64,000 nucleotides of DNA, taken from the NCBI GenBank assembly GCA_041476485.1, contig JBGOTO010000001.1, positions 770 to 64,769 on the forward strand. Direction: 5' to 3'. A program made the translations under genes and the position numbers. Source of the DNA: Nitrospirota bacterium (GTDB taxonomy: Bacteria > Nitrospirota > UBA9217). Shown here in pieces: positions 18,098 through 28,057 of this stretch (its first letter is position 1; every line of letters begins with the position of its first letter). The notes under the pieces are model-generated. The model made no database searches. It was not told the DNA's origin and saw only the letters and a list, made by a program, of their open reading frames with translations.

Positions 18098-18283
18098 TGT
18101 GCGAAACCTCGGTAGTAATTTAGCAGATATTGTTCTCGATGACAATAGAATACTGGCATCGGCCGGTATTTCAATGCGTATGATTTCAATCATAGAAATT
18201 TCTGCGAAAGAGGAGTAAAAAAGTGTATAATAAGGGCAGTGGAAATCAGAGAGCCCTGAAAAAAACAAAAAGGAGAATACACC

Positions 18284-18508
18284 ATGAAAGAAAAAGTAAT
18301 CGAGGCCCTCAAAAAAATCAGGCCGATGCTCCAGCGAGACGGCGGCGATATTGAACTCGTGAGCGTGGAAGAGAACGGTGTCGTTAAGGTGCGGCTGAAA
18401 GGCGCGTGCGGCTCCTGCCCCATGTCCACGATGACGCTCAAGATGGGCGTTGAGAAAACGCTGAAGCAGGAAGTCCCGGGTGTCACGGAAGTGGTCCAGG
18501 TAGCGTAA
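18284..18508 (+). CDS. NifU-like (Nfu-type) Fe-S cluster scaffold domain protein
   Basis: 74 aa; [14 protein letters not shown]...GACGSCPMS motif. Confidence 0.8.
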   Translation: MKEKVIEALKKIRPMLQRDGGDIELVSVEENGVVKVRLKGACGSCPMSTMTLKMGVEKTLKQEVPGVTEVVQVA

Positions 18509-18577
18509 CCGGTTCATCCTTTTTTGAAATCCTTCTCTTAATTCGATCCTGTCATCACAACGGAATGAGGGTGGCCT

Positions 18578-18994
18578 ATGGACAGGCTTGTGTCGCGCTG
18601 CATTACGGCTGCGCTGGTCTATTTCGCGCTCGGCGCCGGGCTCGGCGTGGTGATGGTCTTCTGGCCCGAGTGGCCGGCGGTAGTGCGGACTGTCCACACG
18701 CACATCAACCTGTCGGGTTGGCTGACGATGACGGTGTATGCCGCGGGGTACGGAGTGTTGCCGCGCCTCGCGGGAAAGCCGCTCTACAGCCTGCGGCTGG
18801 GAAGCGTTCAATTCTGGCTGGCAAACGCCTCGCTGGTTGCCGTGTCGCTGTTCTGGATCCTCGCGTCCTTTCCGGAACCGGGAACGCTGACGTATGCGTT
18901 GCTTTATTCCGGTGTTGCGATATCCGCCGTGCTGCTGGCCGCGAGTGCGGATTTGTTCGTTTTCAATATGGTCATGACGCTGAAACGAAGGTAG
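18578..18994 (+). CDS. hypothetical 4-TM membrane protein with conserved His cluster (HTHINLSGW)
   Basis: 138-aa hydrophobic ORF with RBS GGGTGG; no family I can name. Confidence 0.45.
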   Translation: MDRLVSRCITAALVYFALGAGLGVVMVFWPEWPAVVRTVHTHINLSGWLTMTVYAAGYGVLPRLAGKPLYSLRLGSVQFWLANASLVAVSLFWILASFPEPGTLTYALLYSGVAISAVLLAASADLFVFNMVMTLKRR

Positions 18995-19056
18995 CATGTT
19001 CTGTTTCCCCCCGTGCGTTCGCGCTCTCTTATCAGCTTACTTCTTGTTAATTCCCG

Positions 19057-19086
19057 CTTGACACATGCGCTCTATTTCTGTTATAA
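19057..19086 (+). promoter_or_regulatory. candidate sigma-70 promoter of the rnf operon
   Basis: TTGACA (19057..19062), 17/18-nt spacer, TATAAA. Confidence 0.35.
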
Positions 19087-19170
19087 ACACCACGGCCCCG
19101 CAGCCTGAAGAAGTTACCGATTTATAAGAAATCATAATGATACTATTAGCTATTGTTCGGGTGATACAGA

Positions 19171-20505
19171 ATGGCGACCACGACAGTAAAACCGCTTGAC
19201 ACGTTCAAGGGAGGTGTCCATCCTCCCGACAACAAGGCCCTCACTGCCCACAAGCCGACCGTTACGGCGGCAGTTCCCAGAAGAGTCGTCATACCCCTAA
19301 GCCAGCACATCGGCGCGCCTACCAAACCGCTTGTCGTTATCGGACAGGAAGTCAAAAAAGGAGAGAAGATCGGCGATCCCGCCGGCTTTGTTTCCGCGCC
19401 GGTCCACGCCTCAATTTCCGGCAAGGTGGCCGCCCTCGGGAACTTTCCCCATCCCCTCGGAATGGATATGCCTTCCGTGGTCATCGAGAGCGACGGCAAG
19501 GACGAGTGGATCGCGGGACTCCGGGAGAACCCCGACTACGGCCTGCTGGGCCCCGAGGAACTCAAGAAGATCGTTCAGGACGCGGGCGTCGTAGGCATGG
19601 GCGGGGCCACGTTCCCCACTCACGTAAAGCTTGCGCCCCCGAAGGAAAAGCCCGTTGACGTGGTGATCCTGAACGGCGCGGAGTGCGAACCCTTTCTGAC
19701 CTCCGACCACCGCCTCATGCTCGAACGGCCGAAGGAAATCATCGAAGGCCTCAAAATCCTCATGCGGATCTTGAACGTTCAGAAGGGATACATCGGCATC
19801 GAATCGAATAAGCCCGACGCGATCGAGGTCATGACCGAAGCCGCGTCCGGTTCTCCGGACATCAAAGTCTGGCCGGTCAAGGTGAAGTATCCCCAGGGCG
19901 CGGAGAAGATGCTGATCAAAGCCATTGTCGGCAGGACCGTTCCCGCCGGCGGCCTTCCCATGGACGTCGGCGCGCTCGTGCAGAACGTCGGCACGGCCGT
20001 GGCCGTTTACCACGCGGTCCGATACGGCAGGCCGCTCATCGAGCGCGAAGTAACGGTCACCGGAAGAGGGGTCAGGGAACCGAAGAACTTTCTCGCCCGG
20101 ATCGGCACGCCGTTCTCCCAACTTATCGAGGAAGCCGGCGGGCTGACCGACGACGCGGCCAAGGTGATCTCCGGCGGCCCCATGATGGGCATGAGCGAGT
20201 ATACGCTCGAGGTGCCGGTGATCAAGGGCACGTCGGGCATTCTCGTTCTCCCGAAGGCCGAAGTCAGCATGAAGTCCTATGGCCCGTGCATCCGCTGCGC
20301 CCGGTGCATCGACGCCTGCCCCATGAAACTCCAGCCGTCTTACATCGGCATCTATATCGAAAAGGGCCGTTACGAAGAGTCCAAAGAGTTCGGCTTGCTG
20401 GACTGCTTCGAGTGCGGGTGCTGCACCTTCGTCTGCCCGGCGAACCGGCCGATGGTCCAGTGGGTGAAAAAGGCGAAGAAGGAACTGGCGAAGAAGAAGG
20501 GTTAG
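19171..20505 (+). CDS. rnfC: Rnf electron transport complex subunit C
   Basis: NADH/FMN-binding fold GAECEPFLTSD and two C-terminal 4Fe-4S motifs (CIRCARCIDACP, CFECGCCTFVCP). Confidence 0.9.
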   Translation: MATTTVKPLDTFKGGVHPPDNKALTAHKPTVTAAVPRRVVIPLSQHIGAPTKPLVVIGQEVKKGEKIGDPAGFVSAPVHASISGKVAALGNFPHPLGMDMPSVVIESDGKDEWIAGLRENPDYGLLGPEELKKIVQDAGVVGMGGATFPTHVKLAPPKEKPVDVVILNGAECEPFLTSDHRLMLERPKEIIEGLKILMRILNVQKGYIGIESNKPDAIEVMTEAASGSPDIKVWPVKVKYPQGAEKMLIKAIVGRTVPAGGLPMDVGALVQNVGTAVAVYHAVRYGRPLIEREVTVTGRGVREPKNFLARIGTPFSQLIEEAGGLTDDAAKVISGGPMMGMSEYTLEVPVIKGTSGILVLPKAEVSMKSYGPCIRCARCIDACPMKLQPSYIGIYIEKGRYEESKEFGLLDCFECGCCTFVCPANRPMVQWVKKAKKELAKKKG

Positions 20506-20571
20506 TTCAGAGTTCAATGTTCGAAGTTCGGAACAGACAGTAAAATATTTTGGCCGAATGAGGTCTCTATA

Positions 20572-21603
20572 ATGGAAGCACCCGCAAAGGCACAGCCGAA
20601 AGAACAACCCAAACTGGTCGTTTCGATCGGGCCCCACCTGCACGACGTGGAGAGCACGGCGAAGATCATGTGGACCGTGAGCGGCGCGCTTCTTCCCGCA
20701 ACGCTCATGTCGGTCTATTTCTTCGGGATGCCGGCCCTGATGGTGATCCTCGTCTGTATCGTCACGTCTCTCCTGTCCGAGGCAGTTGTTCAGCGGATGC
20801 TGAAGAAGCCTGTTACCGTTTCCGACGGGAGCGCGTTCCTGACCGGTTTACTTCTTGCCATGAATCTTCCCGCGAATGCGCCGCTCTATATTCCGGCCGT
20901 CGGTTCATTCGTGGCCGTCGTGATAACGAAGCACCTCTTCGGCGGGCTCGGCTACAACATCTTCAACCCGGCGCTCATCGGCAGGGCCTTTGTCCTCATC
21001 AGCTTTCCCAAATTAATGACCACCTATGTCGCGCCCGCGGCCACTTTTATGGCCATAGACGCAAAGACCACGGCGACCCCGCTGGTCCTTCTGAAAGAAG
21101 AGGGGATGTCGAAGCTTCTCGAAATTTATCATACGAAATGGGCCCTGTACCAGGACCTGTTCCTCGGCAACCGCGCCGGGTCCCTCGGCGAAACATCAGT
21201 GGCCGCGCTTTTGCTCGGCGCCGCATTTCTCATGATGAAACGGTATATCACCTGGCACATCCCCATTACCTTCATCGCCACGGTTGGCGTCCTCACCTGG
21301 ATGTTCGGCGGCAAGGAAGGCCTTTTCTCGGGCGACGCAGTGTTGCATATGATGTCCGGCGGGCTGGTCCTCGGCGCGTTCTACATGGCCACGGACTATG
21401 TGACGGGCCCCTCGGTGCGCAGCGCCCAAGTGGTCTTCGGCATCTGCGCCGGAATTCTTACGACTCTCATACGGCTGAAAGGCGGCTATCCCGAAGGCGT
21501 GATGTTCGCCATCCTCCTGATGAATTGCTTCGCGCCGCTCCTTGACCGGAGCATGAAGAGCCGTATTTTCGGGAAGGCCGAGGCCAAGGTGGTGAAGAAA
21601 TGA
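20572..21603 (+). CDS. rnfD: Rnf complex subunit D
   Basis: NqrB/RnfD-like polytopic membrane protein with the conserved FMN-attachment region SGGLVLGAFYMATDYVTGP. Confidence 0.9.
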   Translation: MEAPAKAQPKEQPKLVVSIGPHLHDVESTAKIMWTVSGALLPATLMSVYFFGMPALMVILVCIVTSLLSEAVVQRMLKKPVTVSDGSAFLTGLLLAMNLPANAPLYIPAVGSFVAVVITKHLFGGLGYNIFNPALIGRAFVLISFPKLMTTYVAPAATFMAIDAKTTATPLVLLKEEGMSKLLEIYHTKWALYQDLFLGNRAGSLGETSVAALLLGAAFLMMKRYITWHIPITFIATVGVLTWMFGGKEGLFSGDAVLHMMSGGLVLGAFYMATDYVTGPSVRSAQVVFGICAGILTTLIRLKGGYPEGVMFAILLMNCFAPLLDRSMKSRIFGKAEAKVVKK

Positions 21604-22187
21604 AGGATATCCTGAAGATAACCCTGCCTCTCGTAGTGATTTTCGTTGTTGCGGGCATCATCATGAGCGTGACCTACCAGCATACCTATCCCGTCCGGTT
21701 TCAGGCGGAGAAGAAGGAAAAGGAAGAGGCGCTGAAAGAGATGGCGCCGGATGCGACCGACCCCATTAAACCGGCGGGGAACTGGACCGTCAATAACAAG
21801 CCCTACGAGTATTATGCGGCGACCTCCGGCAGAAAGCCGGTGGCCTACATCGCGGAAACCGCGGGCAAGGGTTATTCCAGTTTCATCAGGATGCTCGTTT
21901 CGCTCGGTCCCGATCTGAAAATCAGAGATGTCAAGATCCTCGGCCATGAAGAAACTCCCGGTCTCGGGGACCAGGTTGAGGACAAGAGTTTTCTGGACCA
22001 GTTCAAGGGAAAGACCCTTGCTCAGATCGTTCTGGTAAAGAAAGAAACGAAGGAAAACATCCAGGCCATATCCGGCGCGACCTATTCGAGCCGCGGCGTG
22101 ACGAATGGCGTTAAAGACGCGGCGCAGCAACTCATCGACACGTACGGGGCGGGCATCAAGAAGGCGGCGCGGGAGGTGAGGAAGTGA
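21600..22187 (+). CDS. rnfG: Rnf complex subunit G
   Basis: Single N-terminal TM, FMN-binding domain (SGATYSSRGV); overlaps the rnfD stop. Confidence 0.85.
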   Translation: MKDILKITLPLVVIFVVAGIIMSVTYQHTYPVRFQAEKKEKEEALKEMAPDATDPIKPAGNWTVNNKPYEYYAATSGRKPVAYIAETAGKGYSSFIRMLVSLGPDLKIRDVKILGHEETPGLGDQVEDKSFLDQFKGKTLAQIVLVKKETKENIQAISGATYSSRGVTNGVKDAAQQLIDTYGAGIKKAAREVRK

Positions 22188-22813
22188 GCAACCCTGTCAG
22201 TTACTGGACGCTTTTCAAAAACGGCATCTTCGGTGAGAACCCGGTTTTCAGGCTTGCGCTTTCTCTGTGCCCGGCCGTGGCCGTTACGAGCGGCGTGAAA
22301 AACGGGTTTCTGATGGGGGTCGCCGTCATGTTCGTCATGACCATGACGAACGTAACCGTTTCCCTGCTTCGGAACTTTATCAACCCGAAAGTCCGCATCC
22401 CCTCCTATGTGTTCATCACCGCGACCTGGGTCACGGTGATCGACCTGGTGATGTCGGCCTACCAAAGGGCGGTCTACAAGGAGATGGGCCTCTATATCAT
22501 GCTTATTGTCGCCTTTGCCATCATCCTCTCCCGGGCGGAGATGTTCGCGAGCAAGAATACACTCCTGCCGTCCTTCATCGACGGGGTAGGGATGGGGCTG
22601 GGTTTTCTGCTTGCCCTGGTCCTACTCGGCGTGTTCAGGGAGTTCCTCGGCAAAGGAACGCTCTGGGGCGCCCACATCCTGCCGGCAAAACCGCTGCTCA
22701 TCATGATTATGCCGACGGGCGGTTTCTTCGCCATGGGGCTCATCATGGGCGGGCTCAACTGGATCGACCGGAGGTTCTTCGGCGGCACGGGCGGCGGCGG
22801 GGGAGCGCATTAG
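22184..22813 (+). CDS. rnfE: Rnf complex subunit E
   Basis: RnfE/NqrD-family 6-TM protein; GTG start overlaps the rnfG stop. Confidence 0.85.
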   Translation: MSNPVSYWTLFKNGIFGENPVFRLALSLCPAVAVTSGVKNGFLMGVAVMFVMTMTNVTVSLLRNFINPKVRIPSYVFITATWVTVIDLVMSAYQRAVYKEMGLYIMLIVAFAIILSRAEMFASKNTLLPSFIDGVGMGLGFLLALVLLGVFREFLGKGTLWGAHILPAKPLLIMIMPTGGFFAMGLIMGGLNWIDRRFFGGTGGGGGAH

Positions 22814-22898
22814 AATTTCGGATTTCGGATTGTAGATTTCGGATTTTTTTTATTCCGCACTCCGCATTCCGCACTCCGCATTGCTGTAATCCGGAGGA

Positions 22899-23489
22899 AT
22901 GACCATGTGGGAGCATGTCGTAACGATATTCATAGCGTCGGCGCTCATCAATAACTTCGTTTTCTCGCGCTACCTCGGGCTGTGCATCTTTTTCGGCGTC
23001 ACGAAGAAGATGGAGACCGCGGTGGGCATGAGCTTTACCTTCACGGGGGTGATGCTGGTCGGCGCGGCGCTCAACTGGGCCATCTACAACTACGTGATGG
23101 TCCCCTATAGCCTGGGGTTCCTGAAGATCGTGATCTTCATCGGGACGATCGCCGCTTTTGTGCAGGCGGCCGACACGATCATGAAAAAAGTCGCCCCCGC
23201 GCTGTATTATAAGCTGGGCATTTACCTTGCCCTGATCGTGACGAACTGCATCATCCTCGCGGTGCCGCTCATCAACGCCGACGAGCACTACGGCCTGTTC
23301 GAGAGCATGGCCCTGGCCCTCGGTTCCGGCGCGGGGTTCAGCCTCGCCCTCATCATTATGGCGAGCATCCGGGAAAAGCTGGAACTCGCCGAGATCCCGA
23401 AATCGTTCCAGGGCCTGCCGATCTCGTTCATCGTGACCGGGCTCATCGCGCTGGCGTTTTTGGGGTTCTCGGGAATGATCACGTTGTAA
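22899..23489 (+). CDS. rnfA: Rnf complex subunit A
   Basis: RnfA/NqrE-family 6-TM protein. Confidence 0.85.
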   Translation: MTMWEHVVTIFIASALINNFVFSRYLGLCIFFGVTKKMETAVGMSFTFTGVMLVGAALNWAIYNYVMVPYSLGFLKIVIFIGTIAAFVQAADTIMKKVAPALYYKLGIYLALIVTNCIILAVPLINADEHYGLFESMALALGSGAGFSLALIIMASIREKLELAEIPKSFQGLPISFIVTGLIALAFLGFSGMITL

Positions 23490-23498
23490 AAATGTAAC

Positions 23499-23645
23499 TA
23501 CTCAGGTCAGTTGCTTCGCTTTGCGCAAGGCGCGCCGGATAATTAAGGGAATTTCGAAGTCGATCACAAGCCCCGCCTTGCTTGATGTCCGTGCATCGGT
23601 CGCCGCGCGCTTCATTGCGCCCGCGCTCCGCAGCAGACCTGAGTA
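23499..23645. repeat. MITE-like ~147-bp repeat, copy 2 (between rnfA and rnfB)
   Basis: Begins 10 nt after the rnfA stop; same TIRs and core as copy 1. Confidence 0.85.
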
Positions 23646-23729
23646 GTTATGTAAAAATGATAAATTCAAAGTGAAAAATTTACAATAAAGTGGTAGTATA
23701 CTTCTGCTTTAATTTTTTTGTGAAGGTGC

Positions 23730-24902
23730 ATGGCCATGGTTGAACACATAACGGACATTCTGACGCAGGTCTTCTCCTCCGCGCTCTCTCTTATTACGAA
23801 CAACCTGGCGCCGCTCGTCGACACAGGCGTCTCACCGGAGGCGACAGGGACCGTTCCCGCGTCCACGGTGTATATCACGCTGATCGTGCTCGCGGCGCTC
23901 GGCATTGTGTTCGGCGTGGCCCTTGCCCTCATCGCCGCCCGCTTCGTAGTGAAGGCGGATCCCAAGGTTGACAAGGTGCGCGAGTCCCTGCCGGGCGCGA
24001 ACTGCGGCGCCTGCGGTTTCGCGGGCTGCATGGGCTATGCCGAGGCCGTGGTCGGGAACCCCGACGTGGCGGTGAGCCTCTGCGCCCCCGGCAAGGCCGC
24101 CGTGGCAGCGATGATCGCCGACATTACGGGCAAGAAGGCGGAAAAGATGGACCCCAAGATCGCCCGGGTCTTCTGCCAGGGCGGGACGTCCCTCTCCCAG
24201 CGAAAGTTCATCTATACGGGCGTGAAAGACTGCACCGCGGCGGTGCTCGCCGCGGGTGGAGACAAGTCCTGCGACTACGGCTGCCTGGGCTACGGGACGT
24301 GCATGCGCGCCTGTCCTTTCGACGCCATCACGATGAGCACGGACAACCTGCCGATCATCCATCCGGACAAATGCACGGCCTGCGGCAAGTGCGTGGCCGC
24401 CTGCCCCAAGCAGGTGATCGAACTCGCCCGGGCGTCCAAGGCCGTGGTGATCAGCTGCCACAGCAGGGACAAGGGCGCGGACACGAAGAAGAAGTGCCAG
24501 GTGGGCTGCATCGCCTGCGGCATCTGCGTCAGGACCTGCCCGGTGAACGCCATCACGCTCGAGAACAATATCGCCCGGATCGACCATGCCAAGTGCATCA
24601 CCTGCGGCCTGTGCGTGACCAAGTGCCCCATGAACACGATCAAGGATTATATCCCGGTCCGCGCGAAGGCCTTCATCGATTCCACAAAATGCGTCGGCAT
24701 CGACGCGTGCGAAAAGATCTGCCCGGTGAACGCCATCTCGGGAGACGTCGGGTCGCTGCATGTCGTCGATCAGGAGAAGTGCATCGGCTGCGGCATGTGC
24801 GAGCCCCGCTGCCCCAAGAAGGCCATTACCATGGTCGAGGCAGCGTCAACGGCAGCCGTTGCGAAGAAGCGCGAAAAGGAGCAGGAAACGGTCAAGGTGT
24901 AG
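23730..24902 (+). CDS. rnfB: Rnf complex subunit B with extended polyferredoxin C-terminus
   Basis: N-terminal TM anchor, the CGACGFAGC cluster, and then more than five CxxCxxCxxxCP 4Fe-4S motifs. Confidence 0.85.
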   Translation: MAMVEHITDILTQVFSSALSLITNNLAPLVDTGVSPEATGTVPASTVYITLIVLAALGIVFGVALALIAARFVVKADPKVDKVRESLPGANCGACGFAGCMGYAEAVVGNPDVAVSLCAPGKAAVAAMIADITGKKAEKMDPKIARVFCQGGTSLSQRKFIYTGVKDCTAAVLAAGGDKSCDYGCLGYGTCMRACPFDAITMSTDNLPIIHPDKCTACGKCVAACPKQVIELARASKAVVISCHSRDKGADTKKKCQVGCIACGICVRTCPVNAITLENNIARIDHAKCITCGLCVTKCPMNTIKDYIPVRAKAFIDSTKCVGIDACEKICPVNAISGDVGSLHVVDQEKCIGCGMCEPRCPKKAITMVEAASTAAVAKKREKEQETVKV

Positions 24903-24914
24903 TTAGCCGCGAAT

Positions 24915-25062
24915 TACTCAGGTCAGCTACCTCGCTTTGCGCAAGGCGCGCCGGATCATTAAGGGAATTTCTAAGTCGACCCACAAGCCCCGCCTTGCTT
25001 GATGTCGGTGCATCGGTCGCCGCGCGCTTTATTGCGCCTGCGCTCCGCAGCAGACCTGAGTA
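24915..25062. repeat. MITE-like ~147-bp repeat, copy 3 (after rnfB)
   Basis: Begins 12 nt after the rnfB stop; same orientation as the other copies. Confidence 0.85.
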
Positions 25063-25345
25063 GTTACAAGAATTTTTAAAAAGCACGGAGGGGATGTAAA
25101 AAAGCATTCCCTTTTTTATTTCTCCGGCCTGTGCCCCGTCCCCCCGCGGGTCATTCCCCTTGACAATGCCGTATCCCTATGTAAGAATAAAATGGTTCTC
25201 CGCAACGGCGAGGAACATCTTCCGCGCATGCACGGGCGCCGCGAATTTTTTTGGGGAAGCTCCCGCTCTTTTTGCTTGACAAAAATATGCGCTTAGGCTA
25301 AAAACAGAACCATTCTCGATTTGTTCACGCTTCCGGAGGTATCAT

Positions 25346-25735
25346 ATGAATCCCGATGACATCAAATATCACAGAGAGCATGCCTGGGTGCGGGTTGAAG
25401 GAAAGAAGGCGACGATCGGCATCACCGACTACGCGCAACAGCAGCTCGGAGATATCGTCTACGTGGAACTGCCCGAGGCCGATACGGAAATCGACGCCGA
25501 TTCGGAACTGTCCGAGGTCGAATCCACAAAGGCGACATCGCCGGTGGTCAGCCCCGTGTCGGGGACGGTCGTCGAGGTGAATGAAGACCTTGCCGACACG
25601 CCGGAAATCATCAACGAAGATCCCTATGGCAACGGATGGTTCGTTGTCCTTGAAATGACCGATCCTTCCGAGGTGAATGATTTGATGAGCAAGGCGGCGT
25701 ACGAGAAGTTTTTGAAGGAAGAAGAGGGGAAGTAG
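25346..25735 (+). CDS. gcvH: glycine cleavage system H protein (lipoyl carrier)
   Basis: 129 aa; lipoyl-lysine motif ESTKATS (EVESTKATSPVVSPVSG). Confidence 0.85.
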   Translation: MNPDDIKYHREHAWVRVEGKKATIGITDYAQQQLGDIVYVELPEADTEIDADSELSEVESTKATSPVVSPVSGTVVEVNEDLADTPEIINEDPYGNGWFVVLEMTDPSEVNDLMSKAAYEKFLKEEEGK

Positions 25736-25827
25736 AAAGAGGCCGTCAACAGCAAGTACGGAATTGAAAAGACCGAAGGGAGAGTGTTTACTCTCCCTTT
25801 TTTATTCTCTGTTCCAAGGAGCGCGAA

Positions 25828-27228
25828 ATGGCGATAAAACTCACGATCATCGGCGCCGGACCCGGCGGCTACGTGGCCGCGGTCCGCGCGGCGCAGATGG
25901 GCGCGCAAGTGACGGTCATCGAAGACACGGAAGTGGGAGGCGCCTGCCTGAACCGGGGCTGCATCCCGACGAAGACCATCATCGCCTCAGCCGAGACGCT
26001 GGAGCGCATGCGCCGCGCCGCGGACTTCGGCATTGAACCCGCGGGAGCGGTCGGGTATAACCTCGCCAAGATCCGCGAGCGCAAGGACCGGGTCGTTTCG
26101 ATGCAGGCGCAGGGTATCCGAAACCTGTTCAAAAGCTGGGGCGTCAACCTGATCGAGGGCCGCGGCTCATTGCTCTCTCCCGACGCCGTGCGGGTCGTCC
26201 GGAAAGACGGCATGACCATGGATATAAAATCCGACAACGTCATTATCGCAACGGGTTCGAGACCGGCGACGATACCCGGCGTTTCTTTTGACAACGAGCA
26301 GGTCATTTCGAGCGACGATGCGGTCCAGTTGAAGAGCATTCCCAAGAGCCTGCTGATCATCGGCGCCGGGATCATCGGGTGCGAGTTCGCTTTCCTCTAC
26401 CGGACCTTCGGGGCCGAAGTAACGATGGTAGAACTGCTGCCCCGCGCTCTGTCCACCGAAGACGAGGAAATGGCCGACCTCATCGAACGGGAGTTCAAAA
26501 AGTCCAAAATCAAACTCATCACAAACGTGAGGGTCGAGAAGGTCGAAAAAGACGGCGATGGCTTGATGGTCGCCGTACTTTCGGACGGTCGGCAGATAAA
26601 GACGGAAATGGTTCTCGTGTCCATCGGGCGAAAGATGAACTCCGAAGACCTCGGTTTGGAGCCCCTGGGTGTTGCCACGGGCAAACACCGCGAGATCATC
26701 GTGAACGAAAAAATGGAGACGAATGTGCCGGGCGTCTACGCCATAGGCGACGTGACGGGCAAGATGTTGCTCGCCCACGTGGCGTCACACCAGGGACTCG
26801 TCGCCGTGGGAAACGCCCTCGGCGGCGATGAGAAGATGGATTACACCACGGTCCCGTCGGGCATCTTTACCATGCCCGAGATCGGCAGCGTGGGCCTTCG
26901 GGAGAAGCAGGCCGCCGAGCAGGGGATAAAATACCGCGTCGGCAGGTTCGAATACCGGGCGCTCGGCAAGGCGCACGCCATGGGAGAGATCACCGGCATG
27001 GTGAAGGTCATCGCCGACGAGACGACGGACAAGGTGCTCGGCGTGCACATCTGCGGCGCCCATGCGACGGACATGGTCCACGAAGGCGCGCTCGCCGTCC
27101 GAATGGGCGTGACGGCAAAGCAGCTCGGCGGGATGATCCACGCCCATCCGACGCTGTCCGAGGTCGTGATGGAAGCGGCCCTTGACGCGCACAAGACGGC
27201 GATCCACGCACCGAAGGCGGGAGGGTAA
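25828..27228 (+). CDS. lpdA: dihydrolipoyl dehydrogenase
   Basis: GAGPGGY FAD motif, redox-active GGACLNRGCIPTK, C-terminal HAHPTLSE His-Glu dyad. Confidence 0.9.
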   Translation: MAIKLTIIGAGPGGYVAAVRAAQMGAQVTVIEDTEVGGACLNRGCIPTKTIIASAETLERMRRAADFGIEPAGAVGYNLAKIRERKDRVVSMQAQGIRNLFKSWGVNLIEGRGSLLSPDAVRVVRKDGMTMDIKSDNVIIATGSRPATIPGVSFDNEQVISSDDAVQLKSIPKSLLIIGAGIIGCEFAFLYRTFGAEVTMVELLPRALSTEDEEMADLIEREFKKSKIKLITNVRVEKVEKDGDGLMVAVLSDGRQIKTEMVLVSIGRKMNSEDLGLEPLGVATGKHREIIVNEKMETNVPGVYAIGDVTGKMLLAHVASHQGLVAVGNALGGDEKMDYTTVPSGIFTMPEIGSVGLREKQAAEQGIKYRVGRFEYRALGKAHAMGEITGMVKVIADETTDKVLGVHICGAHATDMVHEGALAVRMGVTAKQLGGMIHAHPTLSEVVMEAALDAHKTAIHAPKAGG

Positions 27229-27238
27229 TACTACCTTG

Positions 27239-28057
27239 ATGATTTATCTACGGATAACGGCGCTTGCCCTTGCCCTGCTCTGCTTCGGAAGTAGTCTTGC
27301 CCGTTCAGCTTTTGCCGACGAAAAAGAGATCTACGTGGCGATCGACAGTTTCACCTGGAGGGAGTTCGGAGACGACGGGTCCCGTTTATTGAAAGAATTA
27401 GGCCCCATTGTAGGCATCGGCTTCGCCTATTGGAGTGAGAATGAACATCATGTTACGTTGAGACCGACTGCGGAAATTTTCGTCGGCACCGTGAATTATG
27501 ATGGACATGCCTGCGATAGTTTCGGGAACTGCCAACCTGCAAAAACCCAAGTGGATTATTTCGGCTTCAAACTCGAAGGCGATCTCGGCCGCCGATTCAG
27601 ACCTTATGAGGGCCTCTATCTTGAACCTTTCGGCGGCCTCGGTTATCGCGCGTGGCTCCGGAATATACGCAACGGCACCGCCGCAGACGGCAGCCCTACC
27701 GCGGGATATATGGAAGATTGGAAAACATTCTACGCACGTTTGGGGCTGAGAGGCGGCAGGGAATTCTCGGAAGCTTCCCGATTTTTTGCCGAAGCGGGGA
27801 TGAAACTTCCCCTGTATAACGAGAACACCGCGTACCTGAGCAAGGCAGGTCTGGGGTCCGACGTCACGTTTAATCCCGGGAAAATGGTTTCTTATTTCGC
27901 TGAAGCGGGAGTGAAGATCAACAGGTTCAAGTGGAGCTTGTTTTACGACGGTCTGAGGTTCTCCAAGTCCAATACGGTGCAGAGCGGAATCTATCTTTAC
28001 TGGCAGCCCAAATCCACGATGGATATTTACGGCCTCAAGCTCGGCTATACGTTCTAA
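27239..28057 (+). CDS. outer-membrane beta-barrel protein (hypothetical)
   Basis: Signal peptide MIYLRITALALALLCFGSSLARSAFA, alternating amphipathic strands, C-terminal ...LGYTF (terminal aromatic). Confidence 0.6.
   Translation: MIYLRITALALALLCFGSSLARSAFADEKEIYVAIDSFTWREFGDDGSRLLKELGPIVGIGFAYWSENEHHVTLRPTAEIFVGTVNYDGHACDSFGNCQPAKTQVDYFGFKLEGDLGRRFRPYEGLYLEPFGGLGYRAWLRNIRNGTAADGSPTAGYMEDWKTFYARLGLRGGREFSEASRFFAEAGMKLPLYNENTAYLSKAGLGSDVTFNPGKMVSYFAEAGVKINRFKWSLFYDGLRFSKSNTVQSGIYLYWQPKSTMDIYGLKLGYTF

Noticed and set aside
18098-18283. Fluoride (crcB-motif) riboswitch upstream of crcB
   Set aside because: It is expected from context (crcB + DUF190). The leader shows only loose matches (GAUG ... 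GCUAA ... CUAC) and I cannot reproduce the conserved pseudoknot, so no call is made. A covariance-model scan (Rfam RF01734) would settle it.
18190-18486. 98-aa minus-strand ORF
   Set aside because: It overlaps the well-supported NifU-like gene on the + strand and lacks an RBS.
25068-25345. Glycine riboswitch upstream of gcvH
   Set aside because: No recognisable tandem aptamer consensus (GGAGAG...ACCGAAGG...CUC) in the leader. Only candidate -35/-10 hexamers were found.
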